Assembly: GCA_013239625.1 (NCBI GenBank)
Contig: MU054391.1
Coordinates: forward strand, 1,548,711-1,612,710
DNA from: Lama guanicoe
Taxonomy: Eukaryota
Length of the DNA: 64,000 nt
Direction: 5' to 3'
Part shown: positions 12,787-24,865 of the stretch, piece after piece
Layout: each line of letters opens with the position of its first letter
Numbering within the stretch: position 1 is the stretch's first letter
Program-made: the position numbers and the translations under genes
Notes under the pieces: model-generated
Seen by the model: only the letters and a program-made list of their open reading frames with translations
Told to the model about the DNA's origin: nothing
The model's database searches: none

Positions 12787-15700
12787 TGTAAATGGCCTAA
12801 ATACATCACTTAAAAGACAGAGATCGGTAGAATGAATCAAAAAAACAGGCACACACATACAACCCAACTCCTTACTGCCTTCAAACAGCCCACCTCCAGA
12901 AGTGCGAGGTATCCTAAGGGAGACAGGCAGGAGGGGGCTTCCACGCGGCCAGCGCCTCCCGGGCCCGGACGGACCCCTCCCAGTGGGGTGAGGCGTAAGC
13001 GTGCTGGCTCACACCTCCCTTCTCTGCCAGTGACACCCACACCGCTGTCTCACAGGAGGGGAGCGGGTGGAGATGGTGGAAGCAAACCGGGAGAGGAGCA
13101 GGAAAGACACCACCACGTGCATAAGAGCACCCGCCCACACACACACCTTTGGCAGTTTGCTCCCCTGACCCGGACTTAAGACGTGTGGCCGCACTGGGCA
13201 GTCGGGAGCTCCAGCACACTGTCTCAGCACAGCTCCCAGCCACCACCCTGTGTGCACGATTAACAGTGTCCACAGAGGGCAGGTGGCCACCAGCGGGCCA
13301 CCACGTTCTGGCAGGGAGCAGAGGCGACGAGCCGCTTAGGTCTTAGGAGACCGCTGTCAGTTCAGAGCTAAGGTCACAGCCGTGGCTCAGGGGTCGCTGG
13401 AGAGTCACCACACGGAGCAAACAGGCGTTTGCTGCGTCCTCTCCCCAGAGCCTGAAGGCCACACACAGCTGCCAAACGGTGTCGAGGGCACTGTAGAAAC
13501 CTCCCCCTTTAGACGCTTTTGTGAGAAAGAAGAGAAACATCAGCAAGCCCTCAAAGGGGTTTAAGGGCCTGCGCAATTTAAAACCAAAAAATTAATCTGA
13601 ACTCTGAGTAAGTGTGCACAGTATTACATAGAACACAAAGAAGTTGTAGGGTACGCTTGCACTTGGCTATAACTCTCGTAAGTATGTAAATACTTAGAAT
13701 TTATTTTCATCTATTAAACTTTGGTACGCTACTAAATTTTTTTATGATTCTTTCCCCACAAAGCATCATTTGTTTTTTGCCTGCGATGAAAGGCAGCAGT
13801 TTTTTTTTCAAATAAACAAATCAGCCTAGTTTTCCATACATTAGGGGAAATAATCACAGGAGGCGAAGGAGAAACAGATTTCTCTTAGAAAGTTGGCTCT
13901 GTTACATTATCTACAAGACCCTGAGCAAATGAATTCCTCTGAACCTCTGCTATCCAATTTGTAACACAGGGTCTACGAAGACTCCCACACTCAGAAGATT
14001 ACCAGAAGCATCAACGGAAATAGCCCAAGAAGCACTTTCGGATCTGCACGGCCCCAGGCAGACGGGAGGTGACTATCTGTGCTCGGGGAGAGGCCGTCTG
14101 TCTTCTGCGCTTTAATCGCTGACAGACCAGGAGAAACAAAGGATTTTATTCTCCTTGGTCTTGTGTTATGTACTCACAGACTAATCTGATTTTCAAAAAA
14201 CAATATACGATTTCCCAAAACACACCGATTACTAATTCTGTATCTTTTAGTAACTTCCTAACACACAGTTCACTAATTCTTTGGACAAATAATCTGGGAT
14301 CTTTAATTTATATAGATTTTTACAGAAAATTTATAAAGAGTTTGGAAACCTATAAAGATCGTATCCTGGGGCCATTCCGTCTAGGGTCAGGTCCTGTGTA
14401 ACAGTCAAGGAGTCTGTTATAAATAAGATGATAAACCCAGTTTCTTTATTGATTCTCCTTTCAAAACCAAATGGAAAATTCATGCACAGACCCTAAATCT
14501 TCAGTGTCATAAATTTCGTATGAAAGCGACTTGGCAATTCTGACACAGGTCAGTAACCAGGGCCATGAGTTACTGAATGTGGCCAACTCAACACACTTTC
14601 AACAGTTTGGGGATCCGGAAACAAACTGTCTTAGCATTTAAAAAAAGATTTTTAGAAATTAATGACACACACCATTTTGTTTTGCTGGGGAGTGACTATA
14701 AATAACCACCCCAGGAGGCCGAGGACTTGGTCTTGCTCACACAGGAAGCAGTCAAGTAACTGAAATCTGGAAACCTGACGCTCCCTAAGTGTCCCCTCTT
14801 TCTTCCACTCACTCAGCTTAGAGACACCAAGACTCAGGACAGGGCAGACACGCTTCCCAAAGCCCTCACCTCTGTCACATCCAGAGGCTGGCATCCCATG
14901 GAACTTGCAGAAACGCAGGGCTGGACAGGAACTGAGGGACCACGAGGTCCGGTCGCCCTGCAGCATGGGTGTGAGTCCTCATGAATGTCCACGGGACACC
15001 TCCAGGGACAGACATGCGGCTTCCTCAGGGTGGTCCACGTGGTCTCGGGTCCAGCTGTGACTCCTCGCCCCACAGCTTCCACCGGCTGACCCGAGAGGGC
15101 CTCAAGACACACCCACTCCCTCTTCTGAACCTGAAGACGAGTTCCAGGTCCCTCCTGGGTTCTCTCAGAGCTGATCGACCACCCCTCCGTGAAATGAGCT
15201 GGGCCACCTCAGTGTCCTCCCATCTGCCCTGCGGCCCAGGTATGCTCTGACCTACAGCCAGGTGAACAGGTCCCCCCCGCCAGGCCCTCCAGGCAACCAC
15301 GTACCGAGTGACAGAGGCTAAGGTGGTACCAACATTTAAGTGGTTGTGGTGCAAAGCTGGTCTGAGGAAGAGGAGCCGCTAGTCAGGCCATGACCCCGCG
15401 GAGGGTGGCGGCTTGTGTCCAGGGTGCAGTTCATCTGCGGGGCTGGGTTACGGGCCCCTGAAGGACCCCCGATGTGCTGTCAAATTCCACCTCCAGCTTC
15501 CCATGAGCCTCCCCAACGCAGACTTCTGCCATCCAGTGCGTGCTCACCTTCTTCAGTGCCTATTTTTAACGCACTTCAAATCTGCAGCTTTCTCCCCAGT
15601 TTATAGGGGAAGCCCCGGGTGAGGATGTGGGACCCCAGGATCTAGTGCTGACACCACAGGGGGGAGCCGGACCCGGCGGGCACAGCCGCACAGCGGCCTC

Positions 15701-18700
15701 ACGTCGGGGGCAGGAAGCGCCACTCAGAGAACTGGGGATCCCAAGGCACAAGACCTGCAGTGGGCCAGACACCCGAGGTAACAGATGAGGTAGGGGCAGA
15801 GCATCCCTTGGTCCGCCCAGCCCGCCACGCAGGGTCCCCCAGGAGGTCCAGCCTCCAGGACCCTGACTCCGCCACAGGCCCTGACATGAGGGAGAAGGAC
15901 CCGCGGGTCACCCCCAGGGGAGCCCCCACCCGTCAGACTCTCGTCCAACACCTTCTCCCCACATTCTGGCCGGTGGGCCGAGTCCTCGCCTTCACTGACT
16001 AATCCCCTCAAAGGCCAGATCTACGCCAGTCCCCCTTCATGTCCTTAATGGCCAGAAGTGGGTTTAAAACTGGGGGCCTTGGAAACACGTGTGGAAGGAG
16101 CAGAGGGATGAGGGCCTGGACAGGCTGAGGGCCAGGCGGACCCACGGAGCCCAGCGGGGACCTTCCCGGCGGCCCCCCTCCCCACCTTCTCCCCCCACCT
16201 CCCGAAAGGACCCGCTGGGGATGAACTGACAGCCGACCCTCCAGGGCACCCCCGACAGCAGCTCCAGGCAGGCCCGATTAGGGACTTGCATCCAATCCCA
16301 GGATGACTCCTTACCAGGACACTTGCCTCAACGCTCCAAGGAAAGCTTCCTAATGATGGTGACAGGTTGAGCTTTCAGGACAGATAGTGGAAGAGCCCTG
16401 AGGGCCATGGGATGCTCCCGCACCTCGAGTCTCCCACCTCCAGCCTCCCGTGCCCAACCCCCGCCCCGTCTCACCACAGCCCGGGGGCCATCGGGAAGAT
16501 GCGGAGTCTTTTGAGGTCTGTTTTTGCTACATACTCACACCCAGGGCGCACCCCCCTCCTTAAATCTCCAGTAGAATAAGGCTGGTTTCACTCTGGAACC
16601 AAGGATGGTTCGTTCACTTGCATAACCATTTTCAGAATCAATAAAGCATGCTTATTTTAAAATAACGTGCACACCCTCATGCCCTGTTCCGGGCCCTCTC
16701 CTCAGCACTGCCACACCCTCAGCCTTGCTACTACCTTTCCGATAAATTCTAATCTGTCACTGTGATTTACTGAAATCCCTGGGGTGAGAGTGGCTGCCCC
16801 TGATGGGGGAGCCAAGGGCTCAGGGGTTAGGGCTGGAGGGAGACAATTCTCACTACAACCTTGCATGCAGCTAGAATTCTTAAACAGGCACATGATCACT
16901 CTCACAGCAGCATGTTTTTAGGTAAAACAAAAATGAAATAAAACCTAGACATCGCAGTCCCTGAAGAGCCCTGCCAAGGCGGGTGCCCGGGGAGCCCTGT
17001 CCAGAAGGGCTCCACAGTCTCCAGCCGAGACAGGGGCCTCCCGCCAGCCTGCCCTGTGTGCAGGGATGCAGGGTCCCCCGGCCCCGGGACTGGGGGACAG
17101 GTTGGCTGACCACCCACGTCAGAGTGACAGGTGGTAAGAGGCTCACACTATTGCTGTGGATGGAGGCGCGGCTTTCTGGGGCTGGTGGGGGCCGCCCCTT
17201 CTGCGCTGGGACCTGTGTGGGTGGAACTGCCCTGGTTGTTTCAGCTAAATCCCCGCTGCCCCTGGGCTTCAGGAAGCCCTGGGCGGTTGGGTTGCTGTGC
17301 CTGCCCGACAGTCCAGCAGGCAGGCACTGTGGGCTGATCCGTGTCTGGGGCAGGCCAGCCCTCGGACCTGGGTCTCCGGACTGGAAAGGAGAAGTGTTCT
17401 GCACGGGATGCTCGAACCCGAAGAACTGCCCCTTGTGCATCTCAAGTTCCAGTTCGACAGGGTGTCCTGTGTTTTCTCCAGCAACCCCACCTCTGATGTA
17501 CACGCTGATCTTAGCTTCACCACAAAAGGGTAAGAAGGTGGATGTGTTACCTCCTTGCCCGTGGGGACCCTGGGGGATGGTGTCTCATTCACAGAGTCAC
17601 CAGGGCCAAAGCCTGCGTGAGGGCTCCACCCACGGGGGCCCCACCGCGGCCCATGCCCACACAGAGTCTGGTGCAGGGCGGGGAGGGGGGAGGAGAGGAG
17701 CTGCGGAGGACGAGCTGGCCTGAGGTGACACAGATTGTGACAGGCAGAGATTTGGAGGAAGAATGCTTGAGGCAGAGAGATTATTAGCATGAAAATCAGC
17801 CAGAGAATCAGAAAAGCACAAGGGAAGGGGTGTGAGAGGAGCCCCCTCCCCGCCCCGGGAAGCGGGGTGAGGTGCAGCGGGAGGTAGTCGTAGGAGGGCA
17901 GGCAGGGGGCAGCTCACAGAAGACCTGGGACTCGGGGCCCTTCACCTGGCCCCCCAACCCCACAGGCACGCCCAGCTTCACAGACGCTGGGGAGGCTCAC
18001 AGAGGGCCCCAACTGCTCCAGGTCGAGGGGAGAGAGGTGGGCTGGGCACTCGGCTCCCGGGGAAGCGCTGCTGGCCTCTGAGAAGCAGAGGTGAGGTCCT
18101 GCATCCGTGTTCTAGAAAAATTCCTTGTAGGAGTCAAACTGTCAGGGTCAAGGTGAGAACTGAAGGCCCAAGCTGGGCTCCTGGGGGGAGTGGAGGGAGG
18201 GGCAAGGTCCTCATGTGCACCTGACCTTCACCCTCACCCAGTGCCATGGGACCCCTCAGGCTGCCTCCCACACCGACCACCACATACCCCCACCCCACCC
18301 CCACACACACGTGGTCACAGCAACAGCCTGGACCGACCCAAGCTGCAGGCCTGGTCGATGGCCGACGGTCGATGGGCCCCGGAGGGCTGGGCTGCGGCCC
18401 GCCCACGGCTCTCTCACCGGAGGGCAGGGCACACGCCCCGTATTTCTCCACGCTGCCCTGTCAGCCCTTCTGCCGCACTCTTATTTCCCGAGGCCCCCGC
18501 GCCAGTGTGATCTACAGTCTTCCTGACACTTCACCTTTCTCTGCTGAAAAATTCATCCCAGTCCTAATGGGGGATGCTCTCCGGAGCGCGGGGGCGCGAG
18601 ATTGATTCTGCCGCGTGACACAGCTGCCACTCACCCACCCTCCCCGGCGCGGGCCGAGGGGCGCCAGCCGCCAATTACCGGAAGGCTGCTGGAAGCCTCG

Positions 18701-19559
18701 CCAACCCTGGCGGCCTCCTGCCTGTACTCTCCATCCAGGCTTCACCTTCATTGCTTCTCTTTGTATTTAAAGGGCCTCTTTTGGTCTTGCTGAAATTTCA
18801 CCAGCATAATGAGAAGTTGTTTCTCATTTTCGGAGTACTTACACCTTTTTTTAAAGACTATTTTCACAGTTTTATGTCTGGCGAGTCACAGGACCACCAT
18901 GACTGACTGACCCTGACAGAGAAGGAGGAGCAGGGCTGCTGGGGCCCTCAGTGTCATGGCCCCCTCCTCCCAGGGTCTTGTGAAAACGCAGATCTGGACC
19001 CGACACTCCCCCAGCTGGGGGCTCGGCTGTGTCATTCGGACCAGCCCTTCAGTGGCTGCTCCCCATGCCCAGCCGCAGCCTTAAATGCCCTCTGTCCAGG
19101 AAGTCCTGCTTGTCCTGGGACCTGGCGCACAGGCGGGTAGTCACCGCCCCGGCCCAGCTGTCCACAGACACCCGCACCACGCCCAGCCCCGCGCTGCACT
19201 GGCCCCCACTGCCCCCTCCTGCGTTATGTGTTCATCCTGGAGCCCCTCACCTGCCAGCTCTCCAGCAGAATAGGCCAGAGAGTAGGGAACCCTCACATGC
19301 AGAGGTTAGGCGGCCTGCATCCCTAGCCACACCCCCATCAGTCCCTCAAGGCCACACCTCCCTGGCCACGCCCCCTCCCAGCCATGTCCCAAATAGCCTC
19401 ACCCATGAGCAACCCGGAGAAAATGCCTTATTAATAGATCGCAGAATGTCAAGGTCTCACCTCTAGTCAAAAACACAAAGGTAAATCATGCGCCGGCAGA
19501 GGGCCTGCTGTGCGGTACAGAGTGAGGGAGGCCAGAAACCTAAACAAGACAGAACCCCC

Positions 19560-20300
19560 CAGCCCTCCTGCACTGCTGGTGGGAGTGTAGTTTGGTGTAG
19601 CCGTTATGGAAAACAGTATGGAGATTTCTTAAAAAACTGAAAATAGACATCATATAATCCAGCCACCCCACTCACTCCTGGGCACATACCCAGAAAAAGA
19701 GAAAACTCTAATTTGAAAAGGTGCCTGCACCCCAGTGTTCATAGAGCACTGCTTACATTAGCCAAGACACGGAAGCCACCTAAATGTCCATCAACAGAGG
19801 ACTGGATAAAGAAGTTGTGATACACACACACACACAGACACATACACACAATGGACCACTACTCAGCCACAAAAAAGAATAAAATAATGCCGTTTGCAGC
19901 AACATGGATGGACCTACAGATTATCATATTAAGTGCAGTAAATCAGAAAAAGAAAAATATCATATGATATCACTTGTATGTGGAATCTAAAAAAAAGACA
20001 CAAACAAACTTATTTATAAAACAGAAACAGACCCACAGACCTAGAAAACAAACTATGGCTACCAGGGGAAGGGGTGGGAAGGGATAAATTGGGAGCTCGG
20101 GATTAGCAGATACTAACCACTCTGTATAAAACCAAGAAACAGCAAGGTCCTACTGTACAGCACAGGGAACTACATTCAAAACCTTGTAACAACCTATACT
20201 GAAAAACATGTGAAAGGAATATACATGCATATGAACGAGCCTCTGTGCTGTACACCAGAAACTGACAACGTTGTAAATTGACTGTACTTCAGTGAAAAAA
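19560..20300 (+). mobile_element. L1 3' end (ORF2 C-terminus plus 3' UTR) with an internal (CA)n
   Basis: cactgctggtgggagtgtagtttggtgtagcc...atggaaaacagtatggag...gcagcaacatggatggaccta...tgtaaattgactgtacttca; TSD-like gaacccccc / gaaccccca. Confidence 0.9.
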
Positions 20301-20339
20301 GGAACCCCCACCCCAAACCTCTCACATAAACAAAGGCTC

Positions 20340-20680
20340 AAAGAATCCACAGCTGTGCCTCCCAAAGTCGCACGCTGAAGCCCTAACCCAGCACCTCAGA
20401 GTGGGACCGTGCTGGCAGACAGTGCCTCGACGGAGGTGATTAAGGCAGCCGAGGCCAGCAGGGTGGGGCCCTGATTCAGGAGGACCAGTGTCCTCAGGAC
20501 ACGCCGGCACACAGGGGCGACCACGTAAGGACCAGGGAGAAGCCATGGAGAGAGGCCTGGGAGGAACCGGCCCTGTGACTCCTGGCTCTGGCTGGAGCCC
20601 CAGAGCTATGAGGGACACACTTCTACTGTTCACGCTGCCATCCATGGTGTTTGTCATGGGAACCAGAGCAGCCTAAGACG
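20340..20680 (+). mobile_element. MaLR solo LTR (MLT1-like), diverged
   Basis: tgaagccctaaccc...ggtgattaagg...agggtggggccctgattc...ccagagctatgag...gcagcctaagac. Confidence 0.6.
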
Positions 20681-20919
20681 GCGCCAGGTGCCTCGCACGG
20701 CACGGGTCCAGGCCCCTCCCTGCGTCTCCAAGGAGGGCTGGGCTCGGGAGAGGCCAAGGGCCAAGGGCACAGAGGTGCCAGGCCGCGGAAGATCACAGCA
20801 GACGGCACATCTGGGGCTGAGGGAGGGTCTGCACAGTGTTTTTCAGTCTGACTGGAAAAATTAATTCAAGTTGGGCTGTGTCAAGCACCCCCCGGTGGCC
20901 TGAAACCTGGAGAAAGGAC

Positions 20920-21140
20920 CATAAACAAAGTGCACTGATAAATGACAGGGTATTAAGCTGTGAGGAGGTGTCCAGCGGGGAGCCCGGGGGACCAGGTCTT
21001 ATTTAACATCTTCATTAGTGATCTGGAAGGAGCAGTAAACAGCACGTTAATTAAATTTGCAGATGATACTAAATTTGGAGGTGCTACAGAAAGTCAGTCA
21101 GGACAGAGAAATGCTACAGATGGGACCCAGAAAGGTTAGT
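20920..21140 (+). mobile_element. Ancient CR1/L3-type LINE reverse-transcriptase relic
   Basis: Translates KQSALINDRVLSCEEVSSGEP, then after a frameshift VLFNIFISDLEGAVNSTLIKFADDTKFGG (20996-21082). This resembles the CR1 RT consensus ...VxSGVPQGSVLGPVLFNIFINDL...KFADDTKLGG. Confidence 0.85.
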
Positions 21141-21259
21141 CGGGAGCGTAAGAAACAATCCAGGATTCAGCTTCCAAAAAAAAGAAGCTAATTAAAAACT
21201 CTCCCTGCATTCTGGAACCCCACAGAAGCCCTGAACGTGCATTAACAGCAGGATTAAAC

Positions 21260-21830
21260 TGCAACACCCCTGCCTCACAGCAGTACGACTCACAACGGCC
21301 AAGGCGTGGAAGCAACCCCGGTGCCACCAATGGTGAGTGGGTAACAAGGGCTGGCGTACACGTGTACACACATGGCGGTTGTTGCCCAGCCAGAGAGGGA
21401 GGGCATCCTGCCACGAGCGACAAGGATGGACACTGAGTGAGCTGTGCGAAGTGAAATGAGTCAGACGGAGAAAGACAGGTCCCGTGTGACCTCACTTACA
21501 AGGGGTCTGAAGAGGACGAGCCCATAGACACAGAGAACAGGACGGTGGTGGCCAGAGGCAGGGGTCGGGGGAGGACTGGGTGAAGGGGGTCAAGAGATCC
21601 AAACTTCCAGTTATAAGGTAAGTGGGTCCCGGGATGTGGTGCACAGCACAGCAACTGTCGTTAACAATACCTCTCGTGTATTTGAAAGTCGCTGAGAGAG
21701 CTTCCATCACAAGAAAAAATGTTTAACTGCAGGAGATGGATGTTAACTGACTGTGGTGATCGCTTCATGAAATACACATCTGAAACCAACACAGTGTTAC
21801 ACATCAATTACAACTCAGTAAACTGGAAAC
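21260..21830 (+). mobile_element. Older L1 (L1MA/MB-like) 3' end
   Basis: aagtgaaatgagtcagacggagaaagaca...ccagttataaggtaagt...tgtatttgaaagtcgctgagagag...atcaattacaactca. Confidence 0.75.
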
Positions 21831-22496
21831 AATCTCAATGAACGAAAAACTGGACACTCACCTAAAGCACTGGGCACATGAGCATCAAAAGGTGGATGGC
21901 ACTGTCACCAGCATCACCACGTTTCTTGTATGTAGACAGGGTGACGGTGACGGTGCTGGGAGCCGTCAACATGCGACTGGTCCGAGGATCCGCCACGAGC
22001 CCTGGGGTGGGGGCCCCAACCCAAGTGCTCTGCGGGGGACCTCCTGGCCCACATCCCTCTCCATGCGGCCGCGCCGGCCTCCGCCCAGGCCTCGACCTCC
22101 AATGGACCACAACACACCCCCGCACCCCTCGGGCCAGGCCGTCCAGAAACTCTGCTTCCTCTTGGGCAGGACGGCAAGGGGCAAGCACGCTGGGGTGGGC
22201 GTGGAGGGGGTGTTTCTTCTTCCTAGGCTGCCTTACACTGATCAGAGGGGACTGTTCACCAGAGCAGGTGGCAACGAAATGCACACTTTCTGGCCAATGA
22301 AGTTAATCATATCCACACCCTAAAGGAATCAGTATTGAAAGAAAAACTGTAACTTGATCCCCAAAATCACAACCAACAGACCTCTCTGATCAGTATTTTA
22401 CGTGACTGGTTTCCTATCTCCCACTAGGCAAAGTGCCCCCAGTGAAGTACTTCCACTGAACCCAAACCAAAGAGGACTTGACAAATACGCACCTCA

Positions 22497-22600
22497 TGCT
22501 CACACGACTCACGGAGCACACGCGGCACACGCGGCACCTGCAGCTCACGGAGCACACGCGGCTCGCGGAGCACACGCGGCTCACAGAGCACACGCAGCTC
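22497..22600. repeat. Minisatellite, 18-bp unit gctcacggagcacacgcg, ~5-6 degenerate copies
   Basis: Directly visible repeats that read as AHGAHA in one frame. Confidence 0.85.
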
Positions 22601-24388
22601 AAGTGCCACCGCAGGCCCACCTGGCCTCGCCCCGGGGACACCACCCTTGGCCGACGCCGTGGCTAGTGCACAGCTGTTCCAGTGAAGAGAGGTCCGTCCA
22701 CTCTACTTTTGAAAGCCACAAACGTGGGACTCTAAGGGTTAAAATGAAATACGAAGCACTGTCATCTCCAGCCCCATCTCGCTCTGTTCGGTGCAAAGAG
22801 GAAAGACCGGCCTGTGCCAGGCCTAGCGCCCCCGCCGGGGCAGGAGCCCGCACAGCGTGGGGTGGGGCTGCCCACCCGTACGTACCCACGTGAGCGGCAG
22901 CCACTCCAGTTCCCCGGTTATTTACAAGGCTGGGTGGGTGGGTGTGCAGCCCCTGCGCTTGTCATGGTGCAGACTTCTACCAGTTTGCGTGTTGCCATAA
23001 ACGGACGTAAGTTAAACCCTGTTATTGATAACGCGTGTCAATTCCAAGATTACTCCAGAGCAGGCTGTTTCTAGACACCGTGTAGAAGCCACGTTGCTGT
23101 AGTTCCTGTCTCCTTCCTCCCAGTAAGGCCCACAGAGAGAGTCCAGGACACACGTGAAGGGGGACACGGCCACAGCTTTAGGAGAGCGCTGTTCCCACCT
23201 ATGTGGGAAATCAACATGTATTCTTAGTTGTTGCAAAAAAATAGCTGTTCATACAAAAATACAAAAGTAGGTTACCCGCCCAAACACGCTCCAGGAAGAC
23301 GGACGGTGGGACCACCAGCCACCATGGCCTCTGGGTGGTAGCCGAGTTCACCGGAGACAAGGCAACAAAGGAGAAACAAACAGCTCCGACCCTGACGCGG
23401 GAGAGAAGTGGGGGCCCACGGGGGCTGCTCTCCGCAAGGGCAATGGCGCGCTCAGAGGCTGAGAGGCGAAGAACACAGGGAGGAAAAGACCTTTCAGGAG
23501 ACAGTTATTTTTCCCCAAAGAAAAGGTGCATTAAAGGTGGGGGGGTGACGTTAAAGTGGAAAGAAAATGCAGAATTCTATGAAAGCAGAGTCTGAGCACA
23601 GGGTCCCAGACATGGGCTTCCTGGCAACCACGCTGCTACCCTGTGAGACGGCCCTGAAGCTCGAGGGCGAAAGGGAGGAGGACACAGAACGTGTCACGAC
23701 GAAGTGTCTAGAAACTACGGGCACTACCCCGCGGGGGGGTCAGTGAAGGAAGCATTTCAGAAACTACACAGCAAAACACAGAGATTTTATTCTGGCTTAT
23801 TTAACAGAAAAAGACTGAATTTTTCCCCTAAAGCCAGGATGTGAACACTGGTCACTGACAACGACAGAGGAAGGAGATCAGAGCGGGGTGTGGCCGGTTC
23901 AGGGCCACAGGCTCTGGACGGACACCACGTTCAAAGGTCCCAGGACCGGAGTGCGGGCAGCAGGCGGGGGGAGGCTGTCGGGACACACAGCACGCGTGTG
24001 CCAGGAAGCCCGACAGTCACGGGCCGTTACCTCCACGCTGCTACCACGCGCACCGACAGGCAAGGCAGCCACCCCCCGAGGGTGCAGCTAGTCACCACAG
24101 GGCCGCCACGTCCCCGGGGAGGCCTCAGGCCATCAGTGGCGGCCTCGGGCATCACCCCCTGCCCCAGGCTCAGTGCTCCCAGAGCAGCTGTGACTCCAGC
24201 TCCGCTGCCGGGGCTGTGGCTTCACCGCGTATTGTCACTCTGTGTGCCACGGGGGCCCGCTTCCCGGTGCACGCAGCGCACACCCCAACAGCACACTCAG
24301 CACTCCCGTGCCGCCGCCGGCCGGCAGTGCCAGACCAGCCCGGGCTGGCCCCCCCACCCCCGGCGGCGCCCAGGCCCCGGGTACTCAC

Positions 24389-24521
24389 TCCTGTTGTAGC
24401 AGGTGGCCAGCACGCCTCTGTCGGCCGGGCTGGCGCTGATGTGCCAGATCTCGCCCACCTGGTGGAGAAGCACGTTCTTGCTGATGATGTTATTCTCGTC
24501 GTCAAAGTCTATGATGTGGAT
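24389..24521 (-). CDS. EIPR1: EIPR1 coding exon 3, [44 protein letters not shown] (WD40-repeat region); later exons lie left of the window
   Basis: 133 nt, ttgcag acceptor, A|gtgagt donor. Lies within ORF 24297..24533(-), in frame with exon 2. Confidence 0.96.
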
Positions 24522-24733
24522 CTGCAAGCACAAGGAAGGGGCAGGTCAGAGTCGCGCCCTCTCCCCGGGCCTCCGTGGATCACGGGACGACCCAGAAGCC
24601 TCGGACGCACTTTCCAGCTCTCCAGTCAACTTCTGTTCTTCCTACACCGACAGGATACCTTCTCTAAGCTCATCTGACTCTTCCTCTCAAGAGACGGGTA
24701 CGAAACCCCGTATAGCGTTAAGCTTGTAAGGTG

Positions 24734-24865
24734 TGGGGGGCGTGGCTCAGAAGCAGAGCGCGTGCCTAGCAGGCACGAGGTCCAGGTTCAGTCCCCAGCG
24801 CCTCTGTTAAAACATGAGTACATAAACCTCGTTACCTGCCCCAACCCCCCAAAAAAGACTTGAAA
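24734..24865 (+). mobile_element. Diverged tRNA-derived SINE (same family as 11134)
   Basis: gggcgtggctcagaagcagagcgcgtgcctagcaggcacgaggtccaggttcagtccccagcgcctc followed by an A-rich tail. Confidence 0.7.

Larger units (their letters stand above)
10760..12900 (+). mobile_element. Old L1 relic (ORF1 into the start of ORF2) carrying nested younger insertions
   Basis: A-rich plus strand with ORF1-like remnants (ttcaatagcagaatg, gaaaaagtattagacgaaaccgtggctggaaacttcccaaatttgg, accagcagacctgccctt). Heavily decayed. Confidence 0.7.

Noticed and set aside
16880..17790. Overlapping long ORFs (246, 207 and 173 aa), and similar ones at 4530-5237, 30979-31650, 34565-35215 and 58498-59126
   Set aside because: Pro/Gly/Arg/Ala-rich chance ORFs of GC-rich intron, open in several frames at once, with no recognisable protein family.
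22402..22893. ORF with His/Ala repeats (AHGAHA)n
   Set aside because: Produced by an 18-bp minisatellite whose unit is a multiple of 3; no gene context.
1..24388. Further EIPR1 exons or an intronic lncRNA
   Set aside because: No ORF or splice-bounded segment continuing the WD40 protein was found, so this appears to be intron 3. A lncRNA cannot be supported from sequence alone.
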